Part shown: positions 39,140-51,700 of the stretch, in pieces | Layout of the letters: every line of letters begins with the position of its first letter | Position numbering within the stretch: the first letter of the stretch is position 1 | Assembly (NCBI GenBank): GCA_051047955.1 | Contig: JBPGPT010000030.1 | Coordinates: forward strand, 62,001 to 126,000 | Length of the DNA: 64,000 nucleotides | Reading direction: 5' to 3' | Source: Cystobasidiomycetes sp. EMM_F5 | Taxonomy: Eukaryota | Translations under genes and position numbers: made by a program | The notes under the pieces: model-generated | What the model was told of the DNA's origin: nothing | What the model saw: only the letters and a program-made list of their open reading frames with translations | Databases searched by the model: none

Positions 39140-41521
39140 ATGCCCAAACTGCGGTCTTCAAGCTGCGTCTGCGCAGCGACTTTGTTGCTCGCACGCGCTG
39201 CCGTGGCGAGCAGCATCCAGGACACTGTTCAGCCAGCGTACAATTTGGTGCCGGGGAGCAGCGACGACCCTCATAATCGTATCGTGCACCCCTTCTCTGA
39301 ACAGGCTCTCCTGCATACTCGTAGCAAGGTCGTCAAAGGTGGAAGCAACACAACCGACAGTCTCGGCCGTTACGGTCATGCAGCAGCATACATTCCCTCT
39401 CAAAACCAGATTCTTTTCATCGGCGGCCAAGTCGGTGTCGCTGGAACGTACATCACGAACGACGTCGTTGTCCTGGATCTCTCGCTTCCCTTGGCGAATG
39501 CAACACAATCAAGCTCGGCGAATCCGGCGCGTCACCCAGACTTCTCTGTTGATTTGCCACCTTCAGCTTGGGGAGCAGCTACCGTAGATTCATATGAGCA
39601 AATATGGCTTGTTGGAGGCGTCACGCAGAATTGCGAGATTGATGCTCCAGGCTATGTCTTCAACTCAACCAACGGCATTTGGAGGCCTGTCGCCGTCGGG
39701 AATAAAAGGCCACCTCGACGAAGGCAGGCCCACGCAGTCTTGCTGCCAGGACGCGGTCAGCAAAGCGTCCAAGACGAAATTTACATTTTCGGAGGCATCG
39801 CTGAGCAGTATACATGCTCATTGGATACTGTCGCGTACCTAGCGATTGACGACTGGCAGCCTCAGCAAGCGAACCCTGCCCTTGTCAACACGACACTTTG
39901 GCATGCCCCTACGTATGGCAGATCTATCCCACCAGCCGTCAGCGACTATGCCGTCTTTAAATTACCACAGTGCCACGACGGTGTCGTGTACATTGGCGGT
40001 CAAGATGCATCGGGAAAATTACTCGGAATGGACACAGCTCTACTATACAATACGACTACAAAGCTATGGGCTCAAGTCGTGAGCGCACGATGAATATCTT
40101 TCCCATGATTCTCTGACTGACAGGTGCTTGGCTACATCTAGCACATTGGAGGGGAGACACCTCTGCCAAGGATGGGTCATTCTGCAGTATCGCTAGGAGA
40201 CGGCCGCATCCTTGTTCATGGCGGCGTTGGGGCAAGGAACCAGGTTGTTCCTGCTTCGTATATTTTGAATCCTCAGGACGGCAATTGGACCTGGACAGCT
40301 GTTGAGCTAGCTGATGGCAGTCTAAATCCACCGTATCGAGCGTGGCACAGCGCGACAACCGTAAAAGACAACGTTGTCGTCATTGCCTTTGGCATGGACG
40401 CTATCACCGGAAAGACTACAGACGAGATTGCATTTTTGTCAGGCCACGACAGTACCGGATGGACATGGTCACACAAAAATCCTCTGTACGTTCCGCCTGC
40501 TCAAACAACAACCAGCACATCTCCATTCTCGTATTCTCTTTGGTCGCCTCCGGCAACGTCAACTTCCTCTGCTGCAGTAGGTCCCATCATTAACGCACCC
40601 AGCGAACCTATCTCGTACGGAGCTGTGGCTGCTCCCAATCAACCTTCCACAACGTCGGATGATCAGCTCACCCCGACCGTAAGCAGCATATTCTCTTCCA
40701 GTAATCTCGGCTCTTCCGATGCACAGCAGCAGGCATCCTCTTCGAGGATTGTCGGCGGAACCGTCGGCGGCATATTCGCAGCCGCAGCAGCAGCTGGTTT
40801 GATTAGCTGGTATCTGCGTCGTAAGCGGAGCTCGGACGCCCTGGTGCTTGCTAGTAGCGAGGACGAGAAAGACGCTCCACCCGTTACGAAGCTACTATAT
40901 ACACGCAAAGTACCGCAGCGTGTATTAAGTCTGGGCAGTGATGCTTCTGTCAGAACTGCAGCAGCTTTTGTTGCACACGGTGCCTACGGATCGATGGACT
41001 CGGCAAACGGATCCAGCTCGTTCAGAGTGATTAGACCGAAATCATCAATAGATGAATTTGGCAAGATACCTGGCGATGTGCCTGCACCTCAAGCTGTGCA
41101 TATTCCTTCTAGCGGGTCGGATGCTAGCGAACATTCCGGCCGCGATTCTGTGGCATCTTATCCGTTCCTTGGCAGCGTTCCCATTCGCTCCAACGGACAC
41201 GAGCGTATTTCTTCAATTTCGGCGACGGGCTCTGTCAGTGAGCTTGGCCGGACTCTGCTCCGCAGTCAGTCGATGCGGTCGTCGGAAAGCTCTAGTTCAA
41301 ATAACAGCTTACTTGGCAATGAGGCAAGGCTGTCACCTGGCAGATTGCGGGTAGCAAACGGAGCAGCCTCTACGCCTCTACCCTCAGGCGAGTTCAGCAG
41401 GCCCACTTCGCTAGCAGTGCAAGACCCGTTCCTCGATTTCGACGAGATGACGGTTGCCAACAACCTAGCTTCTCGAGCGCCAGCGCCCCCTAGCCAAGCG
41501 CGAGGTGTGCGCTTTGGTTAG
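39140..41521 (+). CDS. Kelch-repeat type I membrane protein
   Basis: Signal-like N-terminus; kelch repeats (RYGHAAAY..ILFIGG, IWLVGG, IYIFGG, VYIGG, GHSAVSLGDGRILVHGG, RAWHSAT); S/T stalk; TM segment IVGGTVGGIFAAAAAAGLISWYL followed by RRKR. Confidence 0.8.
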
Positions 41522-41672
41522 TGCAGTCTTTGAAGACGACCTAATAGTAAACTGTACGATGATATGGACAATTGCGGTCAAGTTCGTTCGAAAGCAGTAG
41601 ACAGATGTGCAGTAGGCAAGTCTACCTAGATGTTTCAATCAACGTATATCATGACACAAGTAACCTTGTCTG

Positions 41673-44600
41673 TTATGACAATAACGCCTTTGCTTCTGCC
41701 ATCAAGCTTGTGAGCGTATTCAATTGCACCGGTACCAAAGGGGCAGCCATGACTTCGTCTGCTTCTCGTGTGCGTTTGCTCGGGGATGCGTGCGAAGTCT
41801 CACTTGGAGAAGATACTGTCCTGCGCTTTCTCCGTACCATATTGGAAGACCGAGCTACTTCTTCAGAAACCTTCCATTCGGCTGCCGTCACACTCTTGAT
41901 GAACTTCTGTGTATCCTTCTTATCCAGCTGGCGAACCCCTGGCTCGACCGTCACTTTTGCATACTGGTCTCGGGCCGCTTCTGATACGCTGAGTAGTAGG
42001 TTTGCCAGAGTGTCCGCATCGTTTGTTCGGCCATTCATAAGGCGAAGCCGAGCATACTGTATGGACGGTTGATTTGTGACTTCTGGGAGAGACACGTATT
42101 TCATGCATGCGTCGCAAATGCTCATCTCTGAATACGACTCGGGCCACGCAGGAATCTCGAGTGCGATAGATTCGGCATTGTATCGCTGCAATAGAGCAAT
42201 AGCCTCTGTCAGCAAGCCAAGATATTCCTTTGCCAATGCCTGTAAGGTACTGTTGCTTGCGTGAGCGGCTTCTGCGAGAGACCTCCGCAGGGCAGAACTC
42301 CAAGCCTCGAACACTGGCTGGACGAAGGCTGTTGTGCATATTTAGCCCTCACGTATGATCTTTGCGACACTGAATTCAAAAGTACCTGACATCCGAAGTT
42401 CCGAGGGAAAGGACTTGTTGGCTTGAATTCGCTGTAATCGTGAGCTTAAAGCGTGTGCGAGTCCTCCGTTGAGATCGAGGCTGTCGACATCAACAACATC
42501 GCTTAGAGGCTGTAAGAAATCTGTTAACACGAAATGATTAGGAAGCACGGCGCAATGCTGCTCACCGAACTTGACGACGAATACCAACGACACCGAATCA
42601 TTGCCGCCTTGAACCGCGACGTACTCTGATAACGCTTGACCACTGCCTGCGGGACCCCGATGTCCGGGACCTCTTCGTTGACCATAATTAATCCGACGTC
42701 GTGGTTGTTCTGCAATAAATTTAATTAGCTGTGCCTGTTGCTAGCAGGCCTGAACGATGCTTGCTTACCACAGGAGGATCCAGGTTACCAAACGTAGCCA
42801 GGACAAATCGTACCCGTACATATGGCTTGACTAAAATGCATTCATCTTCGTCTTTCGATATGCCCAACTTGATCCGCCACCACAGTGCAATGTTTGACTT
42901 GCTGGAGCTGACGAAAATGATCGCTGTCCAATCTTCAGGCTGGCTTAGCTTGAGGCTGGCGAAACCGTCGTTAACGCTTGCGGCAATGAGATTTGCCATG
43001 GATCTGGCTCTCCAGAAGTCTTTGCGGAATTCTGAAACCTGTATAAGGCATGGCTCAGCTTCCGAGCTAGATACCTTAGACTTTAGTCGCCTACATTCGG
43101 ACTTTGTCCCAAGTCTCTGTCTATGTCATCTCCATCATAATCGTGCGAATCATCGATGCATAACATGGATACATCCAGGTCATCAATATCATCTTTACCC
43201 ACTTCTACGGATCGAGCTGGTGTCGCAGGCAGCTTGCTTAAAACTTCACTGAATCTGAGTCTCCGGCTCGCCAGCTTCGCCCGTGCAGATCGATTTCGAG
43301 TAAGAGTCCGGCGCCAGAAGATCAGAACCTTTCGGCACATTATCCGCTTTGCATAAGTATCGGCAACAACTTCGCTAGACGCACGATGCGCAACCTCGTC
43401 GGCAAGCCTTTTGTAGAGTTGCTTGACGCACTTCTCGACGTATTGCCGGCGTTGCGCATCTCGCTCGCGAAATATTCGCACATTAGCAGTCGCTAAGCCT
43501 TCTGTTGCAGCTCGGTAGCTCAACGTCGTCAATACCTGCTCCGAAAGCAGATTACACAAGCGCGACGCAATGACACTTTTACTGATGGATTTTGAAGTCG
43601 GCAGCGATGGTCTAAGTCTTGCAGTTGGCGATTTTCCTGATTGCGCTAGGCGTTTGGGTTGCGAGTCACTCATCGACGACAGGGTTCTTGTATGAACGGT
43701 AGGCGAAGGTTTTGATTGCTCCGCTTGCGTTGATGGGATCCTAGCTGAGCTCGTTATCGTGGATGGAGGTGTGGGCGAAGGCTGCTTGACAGGAAATCTC
43801 GGCGCCGGAGGTGCTAACAACGGGCGATCAAGAGCGAAAGGTGTGGCTGCCGGTGGTGAACTTTTGGGAACAAACACGCTTGCGGCAACGTTCAATTTGC
43901 CGGTAGCCAATGTGGGCTGTAGCGGTGCATGACCTAACGTGATATTGCGCTTGTCTAGTGCGGAGGTCGGTGACTGAGCGACAGTGCTGCTCGCCACTGG
44001 AGCGAATGAGGCAGATTTCTTGCGTACATGGGAAGGAGGGGATTTTTGCCCGGTTGACGGCGAGATTGTCGAGAAAGGTTTGCCATCAATGACAGTCTGT
44101 AAAGATGTTTGTCCCCTCTTCTGCTCCACTATGATTCGTGAGGCTCGTTGTTTCACCACTGCCGGGTACTCAGTAAGAGCAACACCACGATGCAACTCAA
44201 CGGATACAGGAACATCGTCGGCAGAGTAAGTTACCTCTAATCCGAAATTTTCGACCACTTCGGCTGTGTGCGCGACACTGTCACAACCCAACATTTTTGC
44301 GAGTTTGGTGAGTGGATACTGAGGCTGTTGCGGAATGAAAGCTTTGCGGAGACTGACGAGGGCGCCCCTCCGGATATCGAAAAAGTGGGATTCTGCAAGG
44401 CATGCGAGAAGGTACGGCGTCTTTGGTCCTGCCACGGCTTTGAAGAACAAAGAGAAGGCATTAAGACTTGCTTCCGAATTTGCTGGACGCCGGCCACGTT
44501 CACCACGGGACTCGTTGTTGCGCTGCGCGAGCGCATGTAGTCTTGTCGCGGCCTGTACGTATGGGCTATCGAATATCTCTAGAGGAAGCGACTCTGTCTG

Positions 44601-45797
44601 CCTGATTGTATCAGAATCGCGAAGATGGGTAATGAGGTGGTAAGCGCGAAATTCGGCTTCGCATGGACACGGTAGGCCCTCCTGGCGTGCATCATCGTAG
44701 AACTCGTTGAGCGACTGTAACACTTTACGAAGTTGCTCCAATTCCTGACTCTCGCTAAAACTGTCCCATTCACGCAGCTTGTGCAGGCAAAGGATGTGAT
44801 ACCTCGCTATCCGTTCGTGGCACTCGATAGCCAGACTTCCCCTCTCGTTTTGTAGGGTGAAATCCTGTCTGACCGCTCTCGTCCTATCCCTCAAGAATGG
44901 GTGAGAATCCATCAGGTCTGGATCTTGAGCTAGTATATCGTGAAAGAGGTAGTCCAGCGTGCGCTGTATGTATCACAATTAGACTTGTGAGACACAAATG
45001 AAATTTCATACCTTCAAAACTTCGGGCGGCCTGACATCTGAGGGCATCGGCTGTTCGTTACCTGCTGCGGGGCGATGAAATGCCTTTACCGCGCGCTTTG
45101 GATCTATCCGATTTGTACCGGGTCTCTGTCGAGTATCGTTTAAATGAGTATGCATAGGACAAATAGAGAATTGAAAGAGTTCAGGAAGGAAGAAAGCGCA
45201 CCAGCTCCCATCTGTCTACATTCTTCTGAAACTCGCGCTCTTCTCGTTCGAACTCCGGGCACATGTCCTGACACGTCCCGTTGAATACGATAGCTTCATC
45301 GAGCCTGCGAGGTTTGAGTGGATCCGGAATGAGGCCAGCTGCGATTGCATCTCTCCGCTCCCTTTCGCGGTGGGGCTTGAGCTGTCGTTCGTTCAACATA
45401 TGTCATTAGACACCCCGACAACATGACTGAACGGAGGACTTTTGCGGCCAACCTGTATGAAGCGGTTCTCGTAAACTGTCGTCTCAAACCTTGACTTGCG
45501 CGCTGCTTCAGCATCCGTATCGACTATCGATGGATCCCGGTCAAAAGCGTTGTTCGCCGAGGTAGTCCGCTCCAACCGCTTTGCCATAGACGCAGCAGCC
45601 GTGTCACCATCGCTAGTCTCGCCAGCGCTGTCGTCTATCGGTTGAAAAAGCGGCGTTCTGGCTACTTTACGCTGGAATGACGTTGAACTTGCGCTGTTGC
45701 TGCTTCCACGACCAGCTCCAGCTGCGACACTGACTGCCACCCTGCCTCGTCGGACCCCGCGGCCAGCGATAGGCCGTGAAGTATGTGAAGTGTCCAT
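41673..45797 (-). CDS. SAC3: SAC3/GANP-family TREX-2 mRNA export scaffold
   Basis: GTCQDMCPEFEREERE, AVKAFHRPAAGNEQPMPSDVRPP, HPFLRDRTRAVRQDFTLQ, ECHERIARYHI, QELEQLRKVLQSLNEFYDD, EAEFRAYHLI. Confidence 0.92.
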
Positions 45798-46254
45798 GGC
45801 AGCATGTCACCGACGTCTGGACATGTTGGATTGTGCCAGAGAAAGCAACTACTAACAATGGATCAAATGCGCATCCTGTAAGGCAGCATGCGGCTGAAGC
45901 GGATACGCATAGTGTTGTCAGTTTCAAGTTTTACAGAACCATGCACGCTGTCCTTGCACGAGAGCAATGTCTATTTGTTACAAGATGACCACGAGACCGA
46001 GTCTGTCACGTGCAGATTGTAGGTCTCCACTTCGCCAACAATTACGCCAGCTCAGGATCCCTCTGCGCCAGCTCAACAGCATGAGTGTGTTGCAACTCTC
46101 GTCTCGGACATCCAAAGAACCGATTGCGTATTCATACAACGCAGCAACGACTTCGCCTGATGTTACCGTCAAGTGAGGACAAGGAATACCAATACATACT
46201 GCATGTAATTCCGAGTCTCCCACTGGCGTACGTCCTTCCTTCTCGTGCCCGCGC

Positions 46255-47197
46255 TTACTTCTTGCCGCCGACCGTCTTGCCCCTTCGTCCCGTCGTCTTT
46301 GTGTGCTGACCACGTACGCGAATGCCGAGGTAGTGTCTGATACCACGATGGTTGCGGATGCGCTTCAAGCGTTCAATGTCATCACGGAGCTTGCTGTCTA
46401 CGGCGTTGGAGAGGATCTAGCAAAGCCACCGTGTCGAGGTCAGTATCTCCACTTGCCACAGGAGAAACGAGGTGTAAATGCTCACATGCGCATTCTTGCC
46501 ATCGACAATGTCCTTCTGTCTGTTGAGGAACCATGTAGGGATCTTGAATTGGGTAGGGTTTTGGAGAATGGTGACGATTCGTTCGAGCTCATCAGAGTTT
46601 AGCTCTCCGGCACTGCATCAGGGAGAGGAAATATATGAATTGCGTCAGTACAGTGCGATGCGAAGATGGTCGGTGTGACATCGTGCAGCCTGGGCGAATG
46701 GGTGAGCGGGTGTGTCGAAAGTGTCTGCAAGAAGCCTTCCATGTGATCGCTTGTTCCGACGTCTCCATTCTGCACGACGCTTCATGCCGCTTTCTTCCCT
46801 CCGCTACCGAGTCCGCCGTCCCTATGCCCTCTTTCTTGCATTCCATGCATTTCCCTCTAACGACCATCATTCGATCCAGCCAACCTTGCCCTGCTGCACG
46901 GATGCCACTGCCCTTTCAAATCGCACTCACCGCTTGCCGAGGTCGACATCTGCCTTTTTGCACACGACGTTTGCATATCTCCTTCCTACACCCTTGATCT
47001 CTGTGAGGGCGTACATGATTTTCCGCTTTCCGTCAATGTTTGTGTTTAGCAGACGGAGAATGTGTTGGAAGACCTGGAACGCATTACACGCAAATAAGCA
47101 CAGGCGTCTCAGTATGCATGTCCCGCCGTTGCCGCTGGTGTTCTCGTTCGCTCGCTCAATTGCTCACCTCATGCTGCTCTGGCACGCGGAGAGACAT
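46255..47197 (-). CDS. RPS18: 40S ribosomal protein S18 (uS13)
   Basis: [10 protein letters not shown] / [48 protein letters not shown] / [19 protein letters not shown] ... [21 protein letters not shown]. Absent from the ORF track because of introns. Confidence 0.96.
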
Positions 47198-48431
47198 GAT
47201 TGAAGATGGGTGGATCTGGCGGTAGATGTAGGTCAGGATTGCACTTCACAGCTTCACAGAGCAGAGCGTCAGCGTACCGGCTTGGTGTACGATGCTTAAT
47301 GCAGCTCCCCTTCTCACCTTTGGGGGGTCTCTGGCGAAATTCGATCGGCCTTTTTCCAGGGAAGGCTTGAAAGAGAGAGGAGGGAGAGAGAAAGGGATTG
47401 CACTCTTTTCCTTCATCCTCTATGAGGAGTGCGGCAGAAAAGGTGGGTTTGTCGTTTTATTCCTCAGCGACGGCGTGGACTATGTTTTCCCCCGTTTCCC
47501 GCTTCCTCGAGCGACAACAGACGCGTCCGAGCTGTACGACACACACACTGACTCGCACGTACTCCCCATTCTCCCTCACTACCAGGATTCACGAGTTTTC
47601 CCAATTATAAAGTTGCTCGCAGAAATGGTCTCTACATTTTACACCAAAATATCAAGACACTTCCCACATTTTCCTGCAGAGTGTCAATCCCTTTTCGAGA
47701 GCAGTCAACCTGAACATCTCAGCACCCTATGCTGGGGTCCTTGTGTGTGATACTGCGCGGCTGTACGGCCGTGTCAGTCCCAGCACACCCCGGCGGGTCG
47801 GTGGTTCGTACATGTTTTCAATCAGTCACAAGTATGCATGTTGTAGACTAGGTCTAAACGAGGAGAGTTAAAAGTCGAAGCGAGTACGACATGTCCATGT
47901 CTGAGTGTCTTGTTGTTCTTGATGCCGTGTCACGCCCGTCTGCAGTATTCGCACATACACTCGTCTCTTCTCCGCACGGTGCGCGAGTTATAACTCGCCC
48001 CGTCTCCGGTGACTTCTGTACGCGTCTGGCGGACAAACAAGCGCGACAATCAGAACTCGAGCCAATACGAGCATAGACTAACAGCATGTGAGCACACCAA
48101 GAGCAGTCCAAGAGCCACACTCAGTTCCATTCTGAGACCAGTCTCAGCTGTCCGTCTTCCATCACCGCCACTCCCTCATCACGCTATCCTATCTCTTGGT
48201 GCCTGTGCCCGATTGAACTGCCAAACTTGCAAGTTGCACCCTGCAGCACTTTGCATCGACACCAGCGGTGTATTTGGCAAACACATACCGCCCACTCGCC
48301 CACTCTGCACGCTCACTGCGCCTGGGGCGTGGACGACTTGGTCAATCACTCACTCTGCGCTCTTGCTCGGCCTGGCGTCGTGGCGGTCATTATTGAGGAA
48401 CGGGGAGTAAGGTTGGAGTGAAGGGTGGTGT

Positions 48432-48439
48432 TATATAAA
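48432..48439 (+). promoter_or_regulatory. Candidate TATA box
   Basis: TATATAAA about 270 nt upstream of the ATG at 48711, in a long intergenic region. Confidence 0.45.
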
Positions 48440-48710
48440 GCAGGCAGGATATTCAGACACACTCGCCTACCCAGCACAGTCAACCCACTACGCTCTTCCG
48501 CATGGCCGCACTCGCACCCACACCCGTAGTCTGCCGCCAGAGATAAAAAGTGCCTCGAGTGGGTAGGCTCACGACGCGCTACTTCTGGAGGGCAGCCACA
48601 ACACTGGCAGGTCTCAGAGCTTCACTACGGCTCTTTGGTGCTCTGCCGCGTCGCAGAATAGCACCCTGTCGTGGTGTTTCCATTCTATCGCTGCTCTTGG
48701 CTATCCCGAA

Positions 48711-51700
48711 ATGCCGACCGACCGCCGATCGAGTCGTGGCCACGTCGCAGCAGTCCAAGCTGCAGCAGTAGCAGCTCTGCCAACAAAGGCAGCTACAACC
48801 AGCAGCAGCAATACCACCAACAACAACGATGGGATGGCAAAGAACAGTGCGCCGACAAGGTCTGCGGCGACAGACTCACCCGCTCGAGCGACACGAGCAC
48901 AGTCATCACTAAATACATCAACGACAGGATCAGTCACTCCTGCAAAACTGGACAGGCCGTTGTCAGTCCGGCGGCCTTCTTCTTCTTCTTCTTCTTCTTC
49001 AGCCACTACTGCTCCTGCGCACAACATCAAACCCCCTCGGCCTATAAAGAGCGCTTCTACCAACTCCCCAGCTCTGTCGACGGTCGTAGTGTCTGCCGTG
49101 GAGAGCAAAGACAGCGACGATAGTACACCTGTCGACATTGACATGGACAACGTCATCTCTACAGAGCCGGCACGGCCATCTGTGCCCTCGTCAACAAGCG
49201 AATCGGCAGCGATAGGCAGTGCTTCGGTACAAATCGATGTCAGCGTCGTAGACAACCTCAAGGACGTCCCATTTCCCAAGAAGGGCCAACGTCTCAACCC
49301 TCAGGACGAGGCAGACCCTCTGCTCATCATGTGCGCAAGAGCTTGTGCAATGTGTCAGAACCGGGCACTCGCACCAAAGGAGATTGCCCTCATTGCCATC
49401 AGGAGATTTGCATGGCAGTTTACGTGAGCATTCATCGAAATCCGTTCGTATGACTCGACTGCTGAAATAACGTCCGTCTGTTTTCGTTTATACAGTGGCT
49501 CACAGCCGTTTGCACTCATCTCGAGCTGTCTGCGTTCACACCTGAAACGAGCTCATGCATTGGCTTATCCTCCCCTCTTCTCAAGCTACGAACTATCTTC
49601 CGTCCCACCAGTTGCAGACATTCCGTGCTTGGGTATAGAGTCTGCGTAAGTTTTGGGTCATGAGTAATTTTTCGATCGGCCCTCGAGTTGTCAGCCCTGG
49701 GTGGCAAAAATATTTGAGCAGGCGGACGGGGTGATGGGAGATTACACAGAGCGTAGTACTGACACTTGCTTTGTGTTTTTTTTGTACAGGGCAAAACCAG
49801 TCGTCAAACGTGGAACTTTTTGGTTTCTTTCGGCTGTGACTGGATTCCCTTCACCCTTTCCCAACCGACCACTATCGACATTGACGCCAAATCGGAGAAA
49901 TGCAGGACCAGCAACCATGTCGACCTTGGGATCTTCGCAGTCTCTTACCTCGCAACCTAGTGGTTTCGCGTCGTTCATGCCACTGAGTAACGGTGCACCC
50001 TCGACCAGGGGCAGAAGTGTGAGTGTTTCTGTCGCCGCGAGCGCGGATACGAAAGCGGCAGTGCCAGTACTTGCATCGTCGAGTCAGCTGGATACCGTTT
50101 CAAAGCGCCCAAGCAACGCACGTTCGACGCGGTCTCACCTTGCTCTGGGGCCAGATGCATCACACGAGAGCATACCAGAGGAGGACTTGGAGGACGATGC
50201 GATACAAGAGGTTGACAGCGGCGCAGAATTGCTATCGACATCGCTGCCAAATGCGACCAACAAGCGCAAACGAACCACAACCCTGCCGCCAGCCCTCTCG
50301 GCAGACGGTATAGTACCAATCCTGGCAAAGCCGGCTGCTACTAGCAGTACCCCGTTTATAAACAAGACGAAGGCTGCTGGTAACCAGGCAGGAATACCTC
50401 ACAGGCGGGCTATGTCGTCTTCTAGTGCAGTCGCGAATCCTGCAGGCTTACCGAAACCAGTACAAGGCTTGCGCAAACTGAAATTAAGGCTATCGGCACT
50501 ACCGGAGAAGACGGCCTTGTCTGCTTCGCTGCCAACAGACTCTGCGCCTCTGATCATCCCACACGCAAAACGACAGAGAACGCAGAGCATGTCGTCATTG
50601 ACTACTCCCGCTTCGTCGACCACATCCTTCCCTTTTGATAACCTACACCTTCTCATACAATCTGCAAATGGTGGATCAATCCCAACCGTACAGGCTGGAC
50701 ATCTGGCAGCTTCCGGAACCCTCTTTCCAATGGAAATGCATCACTACATCCCTTCTTCTCCCGGCGGCAGCAGCAGCATTCACCTTCCTCAGTTTGACCC
50801 TTCGCTTTTCACATCTCGTTCAGCCCCAGAGACCAATATCTTCTCGCCGTCAGTGTCTGCAACTTCTGCCTTTATCGGTGGACCATTCAGTCGACGTACC
50901 TCGCCCTCTGCTTCTGCTTCTGCTATAGCTAGATGGCACCCGACGCCGCGTCAGTCAAATTCGCCATCTCCTCGTCTTTGGGCAGGTACACCTAGCGGTC
51001 TTGACATACAAGAGCCAGGCCGAAATGAACAGCACCTCAGCTGGGCAGAACGGAGTCGTCGTTTGACAATGACGGATTCGACCATCCTGGCTGTCCAGCT
51101 CGAATTGGCACACACGCTTGGTGGAAGCGCTATAGATGACGATGATGAAGACGATGACACACACACCCAGCGAGACAGAAATGATTCCCAGCCAATGGAG
51201 TTGGATGATGAGCACGACATGCACTCGTTTCGGGATGATGTCACCTCGCTGGGCTATGATGCGTCTCTTGATGATGCACATGGCGGTATACTGCAGCCAG
51301 ACGACCTCGATTTTGCATTCGATTTCTCGTTAGAATCTGGCGAACCGCCTTTGCTGAATCATCAGGAAGTAGTCCACGCCAAGCTTGAACACGCTGATAG
51401 CTACAGTCAGGCAGTCGAGAGTCCTGAACCCGAGAACGATGCTGGCTCTTGTGCTACATTGGATCTCCAAGATCTTTCAGACGGAATGGACAATATTTTC
51501 GAAAGTTTGGGCATTAGTGCAGGTATCGTTGAAGGCGAGACTACCGGTAGCGCTGTTGATGAGGATGCGTCGGCACACCACTTGGCGTACCCCATCGATT
51601 CAGCTCATTACCACCTGCATCACCATCAAGCTTTACTGTCGACTGGCGATGTCCTCAAGAAGGCTCTGAGCACGACTTTGTGTCCAGCCGCCGCCAGATT

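Noticed and set aside
47292..48410. Several 60-150 aa ORFs between RPS18 and the 48711 gene
   Set aside because: No recognisable motifs or coherent exon structure; the GA/CT-rich tracts fit promoter DNA. No CAAX-ending pheromone-like ORF was recognised.
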